This document shows, in pieces, positions 58,312 through 64,000 of a stretch of DNA of 64,000 nt (its first letter is position 1; the number at the start of each line of letters is the position of its first letter). The notes under the pieces were generated by a model. The model did not search any database and was not told the DNA's origin. It saw only the letters and a list, made by a program, of their open reading frames with translations. This DNA is from a virus. The DNA is taken from positions 1 through 64,000 of IMG/VR virus record IMGVR_UViG_3300027743_000001; one strand, written 5' to 3'. Made by a program: the position numbers and the translations under genes.

Positions 58312-58347
58312 AAGGGCCGGACACCCGGGTGGGGTGTCCGGCCCTTC
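58312..58347. terminator. bidirectional terminator
   Basis: AAGGGCCGGACACCC / GGGTGTCCGGCCCTT between convergent genes. Confidence 0.8.
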
Positions 58348-58355
58348 TGTGTTGC

Positions 58356-59030
58356 CTAGAACTTGTCCCGGAACTTCAGGATGATGCCATTGCTCAGGGT
58401 GTCTGCCAGGTGAGCGATGTGATTCTGCGAAGCGTCGTAAGCCGTGAGGCTGTCCCCGAACCGCTTCTGCAGCTCGAACGTGATCTCAGAAATCAGCTGG
58501 CTGAGGTGGATCTGCATCGCGTCCCGCATGGCCTGTTGTGGCCAGTGCACCGGGTCCGCGTTGCTCAGGAAGTCCGCGATCTGGTTTCCGTTGATCCGCC
58601 ACGCGGTAACGGCTGCCGAGAGCGCTCCCTGGTTGTTGGCCTTGGCTGCTGTCAGCACAGCTACCGCTCCCGCGATGTGCGCCTTCAGGAGCCCTGTCAA
58701 CCGGGCTCCGTTCGTCTCCCCGTAGTAGGGGTTGATCGAACCGCCGATGTCCTCCTGGTTGCGCAGGAGCCGAGACGCCGTAGCGTTGAACCGCTCGTTC
58801 GGCTGAGGCTCAGCGATGAACTCCACAATGGCCAGTCGCGTGTACGCGACGTGCTCGAACCACAGCTGCCGCATCTTGTCGTGGAACACTCCCTCGGCCA
58901 GCGTCGCTGGAGGAGCCACTCGTGTGGGGGTTACAGCAACGGTGGGGGTCGGAGTCGGATTCGCTTTCGTGCAAGCGGCCATGGTCAGCGCGAGGCTAGC
59001 CACCACGAAAAGCGAGAGAATTTTTCTCAT
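58356..59030 (-). CDS. lipoprotein with His-containing helical-bundle domain
   Basis: Lipobox MAAC, PTPT linker, MRQLWFEHVAYTR...PYYG...LLKAHI...IADFL...HL...HIAHLAD. Confidence 0.75.
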   Translation of the reverse strand: MRKILSLFVVASLALTMAACTKANPTPTPTVAVTPTRVAPPATLAEGVFHDKMRQLWFEHVAYTRLAIVEFIAEPQPNERFNATASRLLRNQEDIGGSINPYYGETNGARLTGLLKAHIAGAVAVLTAAKANNQGALSAAVTAWRINGNQIADFLSNADPVHWPQQAMRDAMQIHLSQLISEITFELQKRFGDSLTAYDASQNHIAHLADTLSNGIILKFRDKF

Positions 59031-59097
59031 TGTCTGCCCTTTCGTCCGGGTTGCTGGAGCGTAACACGTGGTCTGGGTCACAAAGAAGGCCCGTTTG

Positions 59098-59126
59098 TTG
59101 ACACCCGTTGACAGACGAGCTAGTGT
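59098..59126 (+). promoter_or_regulatory. SigA-type promoter with tandem GTTGACA
   Basis: TTGACA-N17-TAGTGT; CCCGTTGACA in the spacer. Confidence 0.85.
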
Positions 59127-59183
59127 TTGTCATGTGAGCGGGAAACACCGCTCCTCCCCTTCTCCCTTAAGGAGGTGGTCATC

Positions 59184-59435
59184 ATGACCGCCATCAACAC
59201 CCTCCCCACCACCAACCTCCACTACACCTACAAGACCGTGGGCCAGCTCATCCTGGTCAACGTCGGAGACCTCAACGTGGGGCACATCGCGTGCTACCCA
59301 GAGGGCTTCAAGCTCTACTTCGCCGGGCAGGACGAGCCGGCCGGTGGCGGCGAGCTGCTGCCGACCCTGGCGGCGTGCGAGCACGTGCTCGGCCAGGCTG
59401 CGCTGCTGGCTCTGAAGGCCAAGCTGGGGGCGTGA
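59184..59435 (+). CDS. hypothetical protein (paralogue of 61442..61663)
   Basis: AAGGAGGT SD; GGGELLPTLAACE. Confidence 0.75.
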   Translation: MTAINTLPTTNLHYTYKTVGQLILVNVGDLNVGHIACYPEGFKLYFAGQDEPAGGGELLPTLAACEHVLGQAALLALKAKLGA

Positions 59436-59471
59436 CCCCCACGGGGGCGGCGAAAGCCGCCCCAAGAATTC

Positions 59472-59530
59472 CTCAGACGCTCCGCTGCGGAGCCGATAGG
59501 TCAGTTGTGAGCGAGGGAAAAGCCCCGCTC
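59472..59530 (+). promoter_or_regulatory. sigma-28-like promoter plus 5' leader hairpin
   Basis: CTCA-N16-GCCGATAGG, then GTGAGCGAGGGAAAAGCCCCGCTC. Confidence 0.65.
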
Positions 59531-59552
59531 CCCCAAACAAAGGAGGCCCATC

Positions 59553-59801
59553 ATGGCCAGCAAGACCATCATCTCCAGCAAGGCCAACTACGCGGCGCAG
59601 GACGCGGCTGCAGCTGCGGTTCCGGCCGGCTCGCTGGTCAAGTACAGCTACCCATTCGGCGGCAAGATCTTCTTCGCCACCGGCAAGGTGGTCAAGGCTG
59701 AGGGCAGCCAGCTGCACGTCGAGATCCTGTCTCACGATGAGTTCCCGGAGTACGTAGGGAAGACCATGTCCTGGTCCGTCTGCTGGTGCTCCAAGGTCTG
59801 A
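59553..59801 (+). CDS. hypothetical protein (SH3-like)
   Basis: AAGGAGG SD; GSLVKY...GKVVK. Confidence 0.75.
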   Translation: MASKTIISSKANYAAQDAAAAAVPAGSLVKYSYPFGGKIFFATGKVVKAEGSQLHVEILSHDEFPEYVGKTMSWSVCWCSKV

Positions 59802-59856
59802 GCCCCCACGGGGGAGCCGCCAGGCTCCCCCTCCACCCCTCCCGAGAGGAACCGCT

Positions 59857-60192
59857 ATGCAGATCCAGGTCACCGCCTACCCGAGCGTCAAGGTCCAGCT
59901 GGAGGGCAAGGAATGCACCGTCCCCGCGTGGATCGCCAACTACGCCAGTGGCAACCCCAACGCTCGGGAGACCCTGGTCAAGAACACCCCGGAAGGCCCG
60001 ATGATCGTGGACGTTCGGGTAATTTCCACCCTGGCCGACTACAAGGAGCACACCACCTTGACCAGCAAGGACATCCTGGCCGCGATAGAGATCACTTACG
60101 GCAAGCAGCCCACCAAGGCTCGGCGCGCGGAGCTGGCCAAGTTGGGTGAGCTGCTCCGGGATGCTCTCAACGCCGAGGAAGAGGGCCAGTGA
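59857..60192 (+). CDS. hypothetical protein
   Basis: GAGGA SD. Confidence 0.7.
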   Translation: MQIQVTAYPSVKVQLEGKECTVPAWIANYASGNPNARETLVKNTPEGPMIVDVRVISTLADYKEHTTLTSKDILAAIEITYGKQPTKARRAELAKLGELLRDALNAEEEGQ

Positions 60193-60401
60193 CCTGCCGC
60201 CACTGTGGGGCCGCGCTCACGTACGAGCGCGGCCGGGAGGTCTACCTGGCCGCCGGGTCGATGCTGTGCACCCCGGCCGCTCGTGGAGCCCGCTGTGCTT
60301 TCGAGTCCTACCGAGCGGTTGACATCAACCCGCTGGAGCTGAAGTTCCACGATGGCTCGTGCAACTGCCAGGCCAGCATCCTGCACGTCCCGACCTTCTG
60401 A
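60189..60401 (+). CDS. small Cys-rich protein
   Basis: MTCRHCGAAL; GTGA overlap. Confidence 0.6.
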   Translation: MTCRHCGAALTYERGREVYLAAGSMLCTPAARGARCAFESYRAVDINPLELKFHDGSCNCQASILHVPTF

Positions 60402-60413
60402 GGAGCCCCCCAG

Positions 60414-60626
60414 ATGACCGCCCCTACGCCCACCCTGCCGTACCTCCGGCCACGTTCGAACGGCCACATCCTCCACATCCCGGTTGACATGGAAGCTTCC
60501 GGCTGGCAGCCAGCCCTGTGCGGCACGCTCGGCCGGGAGCCGGACGTCTACCGCCGCGTCGACAAGATCTGCCGGATCTGCACTAGTCGCCTGGTCAACG
60601 GCAATGTGAGCCACGCCACTGTCTAG
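60414..60626 (+). CDS. small zinc-binding protein (H...LCG...CxxC)
   Basis: ILHI...ALCG...CRIC. Confidence 0.65.
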   Translation: MTAPTPTLPYLRPRSNGHILHIPVDMEASGWQPALCGTLGREPDVYRRVDKICRICTSRLVNGNVSHATV

Positions 60627-60629
60627 TGG

Positions 60630-60659
60630 TTGGCATCCGTTGACACGGGCTGCTACAGT
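60630..60659 (+). promoter_or_regulatory. SigA-type promoter with tandem repeat
   Basis: TTGGCA-N18-TACAGT; CCGTTGACA in the spacer. Confidence 0.75.
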
Positions 60660-60697
60660 TCAGAGGTAAGCGAGAGTCACCACCAAGAGGAGCCATC

Positions 60698-60991
60698 ATG
60701 ACCACCACCGCCGCGATCATCCGGGAGTTCGCCACCGTCAAGGCCAACCGGGCGGAAGCCTTCTCCCAGACCGACTTCGTGACCGAGGGTCTTCAGGAGC
60801 GGCTGGTCAACTTCGTGAACAGTGCAGCGATCTGGGCCAGCAGCCCGCGCTCCGTGCACGTCCGGGGCAACGTCGGCCCAGACACCTACATCCTGGCCGA
60901 GCTGCTCGATCACGCCGCTGGCAACGCGGGCATGGTCTCCGGTCTGATCACCACCGATGACGCCGCCGGGCTGGTCACTCTGAGCTGGTGA
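60698..60991 (+). CDS. hypothetical protein
   Basis: GAGGAG SD. Confidence 0.7.
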   Translation: MTTTAAIIREFATVKANRAEAFSQTDFVTEGLQERLVNFVNSAAIWASSPRSVHVRGNVGPDTYILAELLDHAAGNAGMVSGLITTDDAAGLVTLSW

Positions 60992-61011
60992 CGCAGGCCA
61001 CACGGGAAGGG

Positions 61012-61069
61012 CTAAGGCCCTTCCCGGACCGGACGATAGGAATCATGTGAGCGGGGGAAAAGCCCCCGC
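61012..61069 (+). promoter_or_regulatory. sigma-28-like promoter plus 5' leader hairpin
   Basis: CTAA-N16-GACGATAGG AATCATGTGAGCGGGGGAAAAGCCCCCGC. Confidence 0.6.
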
Positions 61070-61092
61070 CCCCGAGGCCCCAGGAGGCCGCC

Positions 61093-61341
61093 ATGAACAC
61101 CACTGCCGCGCTTGAGGCCGAGGCCGCGAAGTACAAGAGCGAGATCGCCAAGATCTTCGAGGTTCAGCGGTTCGTGGCTGCCAAGCAGCCGATCCCAATG
61201 CAGCTGGCAGCTGCCGCGCGGGTGTTGGCCAACAGGGGCCACCTGCGCTGGTCGGACCGGGCCGGCCGGTGGATGTTCACCCCGGAGGGCCAGAAGTTCG
61301 CGGCGCAGAGTCGGAAGTACGGCCGGCGGCTCGGCCACTAG
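61093..61341 (+). CDS. hypothetical protein
   Basis: AGGAGG SD. Confidence 0.7.
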   Translation: MNTTAALEAEAAKYKSEIAKIFEVQRFVAAKQPIPMQLAAAARVLANRGHLRWSDRAGRWMFTPEGQKFAAQSRKYGRRLGH

Positions 61342-61361
61342 AAAAACTTTCCGGGGGAATC

Positions 61362-61418
61362 CTCAGGTGGTTCCCCCGGGTACCGATAGGAATCATGTAG
61401 CGCGGGGAATGGCCCCGC
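61362..61418 (+). promoter_or_regulatory. sigma-28-like promoter plus 5' leader hairpin
   Basis: CTCA-N16-ACCGATAGG AATCATGTAGCGCGGGGAATGGCCCCGC. Confidence 0.65.
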
Positions 61419-61441
61419 CACCGAGGCCCCTTGGAGGAGCC

Positions 61442-61663
61442 ATGAACGTCAAGCCCATCAGCGCCAACAACGTCGCTTTCTACAAGTACGGCAAGGTCAT
61501 CGCCGTTGCCAGCCCAGAGCGGGGCGGCTGGAAGCTGGTTGACATGTACGGCGAGGCCGTGGGTGGTGGCGAGCCGCTGCCGAGCCTGGGGGCGGCCGAG
61601 GCCGTCGTCCTCTCGAAGACCTATCAGGAGTACGTAGACAAGGCCCACGCCATGGCCGGCTGA
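61442..61663 (+). CDS. hypothetical protein (paralogue of 59184..59435)
   Basis: GGAGGAG SD; GGGEPLPSLGAAE. Confidence 0.75.
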   Translation: MNVKPISANNVAFYKYGKVIAVASPERGGWKLVDMYGEAVGGGEPLPSLGAAEAVVLSKTYQEYVDKAHAMAG

Positions 61664-61674
61664 GCAGACAAACT

Positions 61675-61711
61675 GGCGGCGCCGTCCCGGGAGGGGCGGC
61701 GCGGCCTTTTT
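61675..61711 (+). terminator. intrinsic terminator
   Basis: GC-rich stem (GCGCCGTCCC / GGGCGGCGC) followed by TTTTT. Confidence 0.7.
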
Positions 61712-61715
61712 GCAT

Positions 61716-61778
61716 TTACAGAACCCCGATGAGCAGAAGAACTACCAGGACGACCAAGATCACGCCGAGGATCCACAT
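61716..61778 (-). CDS. 20-aa hydrophobic micropeptide
   Basis: MWILGVILVVLVVLLLIGVL with AGGAGGGGGTGA SD directly after the putative terS. Confidence 0.5.
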   Translation of the reverse strand: MWILGVILVVLVVLLLIGVL

Positions 61779-61793
61779 GTAAATCACCCCCTC

Positions 61794-62183
61794 CTAATCA
61801 GGGACGATCTCCCCATCCACAATATCGGTATCCGCCGGCTGCGGCGCCGCCGGCTCGTGCGGCCGAGCTGCGATCTGTGTCAACCGGTCCCGCAGGGCCG
61901 CGATAGCTCCGTCGTTCTGTGGGCCGCTGTCGTCGGCGTTGTCAACCGGTGCCGCTAGGCGAACCGCCACGTCCACCCGCGCGGGCAGGCCCACGCGGTC
62001 CAGGACGGCCGTAGCGGCATTCACCCGGGCCAGGTCATTGCGGCCGTTCTGCATCACGTCTGTGAGCGTGTCAACCGACAGGCTCGCGGCGCTGGCCAGG
62101 CCGAGCCAGGTTTCGCGCACGAGCGCGACCGCCTCGGAGAAGTTCGTCGGGCGGTCTGGCAGATTGGCGCTGGTCTCCATCAC
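61794..62183 (-). CDS. putative terminase small subunit
   Basis: ARVNAATAVLDRVG and C-terminal DIVDGEIV, patterns typical of actinophage TerS. Confidence 0.6.
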   Translation of the reverse strand: MMETSANLPDRPTNFSEAVALVRETWLGLASAASLSVDTLTDVMQNGRNDLARVNAATAVLDRVGLPARVDVAVRLAAPVDNADDSGPQNDGAIAALRDRLTQIAARPHEPAAPQPADTDIVDGEIVPD

Positions 62184-62212
62184 TCCAGCATATCGCCTGT
62201 ACGCTGTGGGCC

Positions 62213-62782
62213 ATGAATAGACGTTCTGTACTTCGTGCCGGAATCCTGCTCCCCGTCGCCTCAGCTCTCGGCTCCGGCATGGCGGCTACGTCGTGCTCGC
62301 CGGTCGGGGGCAAGGTCACTGTCAACTGGCACCTGCCAAACTCAATCGTCGAGGTCCGCCACCCCGCGCAGGAGGTGTTCCCCCGGCTCCGGGAGATCTC
62401 CGCAGAGAACAAACGCGGGTTTGAGCGGGTGCGCTTCTGGTTTGACACGCGCATCCCGACCTACAACTGGGAGTACGTGCCGGCCAACGGCATCGTCGGG
62501 CCGGGCACGGGCGAGCCGGTCCCGATCGAGGGCCAGCAGTTCCTCCGCGTGCAGTTCGTGGAGTCCCTGGCCCACACGGATGAGGGAGCGCCTTCCATCA
62601 CCAGCGCTCCCGGCCGGCCGCTGTTCGGGTTTGATCTTCTTCAGGACTGGGTGCTCGCCGGGGACTTCGAAGCTCAGGTAGATCTTGGCATCGGGCTCCG
62701 CTCGGCTGCCCCGCTGGAGGTCCGAACCGTGGAGGGCGAAGATCGCGGCCTGAAGTGGGTGGCTTTCGACTTCCGCGCCTAG
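62213..62782 (+). CDS. Tat-exported lipoprotein with actinobacterial AMIN-like domain
   Basis: MNRRSVLR twin-arginine signal, ATSC lipobox-like; FERVRFWF...YNWEYV...GTGEPV...AGDFEAQVDLGIGL. Confidence 0.75.
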   Translation: MNRRSVLRAGILLPVASALGSGMAATSCSPVGGKVTVNWHLPNSIVEVRHPAQEVFPRLREISAENKRGFERVRFWFDTRIPTYNWEYVPANGIVGPGTGEPVPIEGQQFLRVQFVESLAHTDEGAPSITSAPGRPLFGFDLLQDWVLAGDFEAQVDLGIGLRSAAPLEVRTVEGEDRGLKWVAFDFRA

Positions 62783-62943
62783 TCCCGCCAGTGCGTGTCA
62801 ACCGCGTCTGTGATCTCCTGCCAGCACCTGATCAACTCGTCGTTCGTGATCACTGTCTTGTGGCCAGCCGACACGATGACAGCCGCGCTTGCCGCCTTCA
62901 CGCTGAACTCGTTGAGTAGCGCGATGAACTCCGTCTTGGTCAT
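62779..62943 (-). CDS. hypothetical protein (54 aa)
   Basis: Hand translation MTKTEFIALLNEF...; TAGTCT -10 six nt before ATG. Confidence 0.5.
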   Translation of the reverse strand: MTKTEFIALLNEFSVKAASAAVIVSAGHKTVITNDELIRCWQEITDAVDTHWRD

Positions 62944-62975
62944 TCCGCGAGACTAGCACGCGCTCGGCTGTGTGG

Positions 62976-63004
62976 TTGACACGTGTTGGCAAGACTGCTA
63001 CTAT
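62976..63004 (+). promoter_or_regulatory. SigA-type promoter with tandem repeat
   Basis: TTGACA-N17-TACTAT; GTTGGCA in the spacer; ATG 6 nt later. Confidence 0.85.
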
Positions 63005-63010
63005 AGGTTT

Positions 63011-63196
63011 ATGACCAAGACAGAGATCGACGAGCAGCGGGACGAGATCCTCCGGGACGCGCTGGATCAGTACGTGACCAACATCGACCTAGAAGATGAA
63101 GAGACTTCGCTGGCCGACCGCGTGAGGTACAACGTCGCCTCCGCCATGCTGGACGAGCTGAACAACGCTTTCGTGGTCAGGATGGGCGCGCTGTGA
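63011..63196 (+). CDS. hypothetical protein
   Basis: Leaderless start after promoter. Confidence 0.7.
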   Translation: MTKTEIDEQRDEILRDALDQYVTNIDLEDEETSLADRVRYNVASAMLDELNNAFVVRMGAL

Positions 63197-63372
63197 ACGA
63201 GCTACTTCTCCGGTCCGTGAGCGGCAACCGGACCCACATCTACTCCCGCGAGACGGGCACGCGGTTCGGCCGCCGCTACATCGCGGTGTGCGGCGCCGCG
63301 ATGTTCTCGTTGGCGGCAACCGGCCCGGTGGCAGACTGCCCCCGGTGCCTGGCAAAGAAGGGCGCAGCATGA
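63193..63372 (+). CDS. small zinc-binding protein (H...CG...CxxC)
   Basis: RTHIY...AVCG...DCPRC; coupled overlaps. Confidence 0.6.
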   Translation: MNELLLRSVSGNRTHIYSRETGTRFGRRYIAVCGAAMFSLAATGPVADCPRCLAKKGAA

Positions 63373-63590
63373 ACTACGCGATGTCGTCGACCGGGCTTTT
63401 CCACCTGGTTGACAAGGGAGCAGCGGCAACCCTGTGCGGCTCGGCCGTGGTGTGGGAGGTCTCGCAGATCAAGCACGAGACGGACGCCGTCGTGTCGGAG
63501 CGCCACCCGATCCAGGATGAACAGGCGCTGGACTGGCTGGCCGAGCACCCCTGGGATCTGTGCCGCACCTGCAAGGCGGCGGCGCCGTGA
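63369..63590 (+). CDS. small zinc-binding protein (paralogue of 63744..63950)
   Basis: YAMSSTGLFH...LCG...DEQALDWLAEHPWDLCRTCK. Confidence 0.7.
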   Translation: MNYAMSSTGLFHLVDKGAAATLCGSAVVWEVSQIKHETDAVVSERHPIQDEQALDWLAEHPWDLCRTCKAAAP

Positions 63591-63751
63591 GCGGGCTGGT
63601 GCACGTCGACTACCCGCACGAGCCGGGATATCTCTACGACTGTCCCGCGTGCGAGCGGGAGTGCAACTGTCCGGTGATGCAAGACGACATGATCTGTCTA
63701 CACTGCTCTATCATCGTTATCCGCGAGATGGGGATGGCCAGCAATGACTAA
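63587..63751 (+). CDS. small Cys-rich protein
   Basis: HVDYPHEPGYLYDCPACERECNC...CLHC. Confidence 0.65.
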   Translation: MSGLVHVDYPHEPGYLYDCPACERECNCPVMQDDMICLHCSIIVIREMGMASND

Positions 63752-63950
63752 CGGCTACAGCTACGCGATGTCCGGCACCGGGCTGTTCCACCACCTGGTG
63801 TTCCCGGACCGAACCCGTTGCGGCATCCGCCGGGTGGGGGACGTTCCTCAGCAGACCTCAGACGAGCAGGCCAACAGTTGGCTTGCGCGCTACCCGCACG
63901 ATCTGTGTCTGGCGTGCAAGAGGCTGGCCCGGGAACAGGGTGTGGCATGA
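63744..63950 (+). CDS. small zinc-binding protein
   Basis: YAMSGTGLFH...RCG...DEQANSWLARYPHDLCLACK. Confidence 0.7.
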   Translation: MTNGYSYAMSGTGLFHHLVFPDRTRCGIRRVGDVPQQTSDEQANSWLARYPHDLCLACKRLAREQGVA

Positions 63951-64000
63951 CCAACCTCTACGAAACCCTGCACCTGCGCTACGAACGCGGGTCATTCGTG

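Larger units (their letters stand above)
625..63414. repeat. dispersed octamer GGTTGACA/TGTCAACC, at least 69 exact copies
   Basis: Manual scan; e.g. 625, 1400, 2334, 3403, 4553, 5248, 5434, 8009, 9916, 12568, 16313, 21136, 24580, 24592, 27424, 31089, 35579, 38463, 40997, 42102, 46536, 52565, 52665, 52718, 56600, 60482, 61878, 61940, 63407. Confidence 0.92.

Noticed and set aside
59128-61440. Repeated elements as a CRISPR array or tRNA cluster
   Set aside because: The repeats are degenerate, separated by whole genes, and have no cloverleaf or T-loop.
625-63414. Octamer as classic stoperators or as a restriction-site effect (contains HincII GTYRAC)
   Set aside because: It has no orientation bias relative to transcription, unlike stoperators. 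Restriction sites are normally depleted, and the fixed flanking G and A are not part of GTYRAC.
1-64000. Prophage boundaries, integrase or repressor cassette
   Set aside because: No integrase, att-like junction or host housekeeping gene seen; lifestyle cannot be settled from this window.

Overview
The window is a 64-kb segment of a high-GC tailed phage, most likely a siphovirus of an actinomycete. No host genes, integrase, tRNA, rRNA or CRISPR array were seen. Layout: (1) 1-4.9 kb, minus-strand replication/recombination module: family A DNA polymerase (cut by the window edge), DUF669-like SSB, Sak4-like ATPase, Cas4/RecB-like nuclease. (2) 5-10 kb, small accessory genes. (3) 10-49 kb, a long minus-strand virion/lysis region: four paralogous fibre-like genes, collagen-like protein, TerL, MuF, portal, a 2730-aa multidomain protein, a 674-aa RelA/SpoT(Apk2)-like toxin with a small immunity-like gene, prohead protease, major capsid, major tail, connectors, frameshifted tail chaperone, tape measure, minor tail proteins, PKD protein, endolysin. 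(4) 49-64 kb, mostly plus-strand small genes, including two type IV pilin-family genes, lipoproteins, a secreted metalloprotease and a displaced putative TerS. Main observations: (a) the non-palindromic octamer GGTTGACA occurs at least 69 times by manual count (about 1.4 expected), on both strands and inside coding sequences, and a tandem GTTGRCA-N3-GTTGAC form is built into most SigA-type promoters. (b) A putative virion-cargo system: a shared '[IV][IV]AA...HPRGxDG[KR]FIxKFG...AP[KR]xIAxL' module precedes different enzymatic effectors (HipA/PI3K-like kinase; Apk2-like nucleotide pyrophosphokinase). (c) Phage-encoded type IV pilins lie next to three sigma-28 (FliA/WhiG)-like promoters, which hints at a life cycle tied to a motile, piliated host stage. 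All family assignments come from motif recognition by eye; no searches were run.
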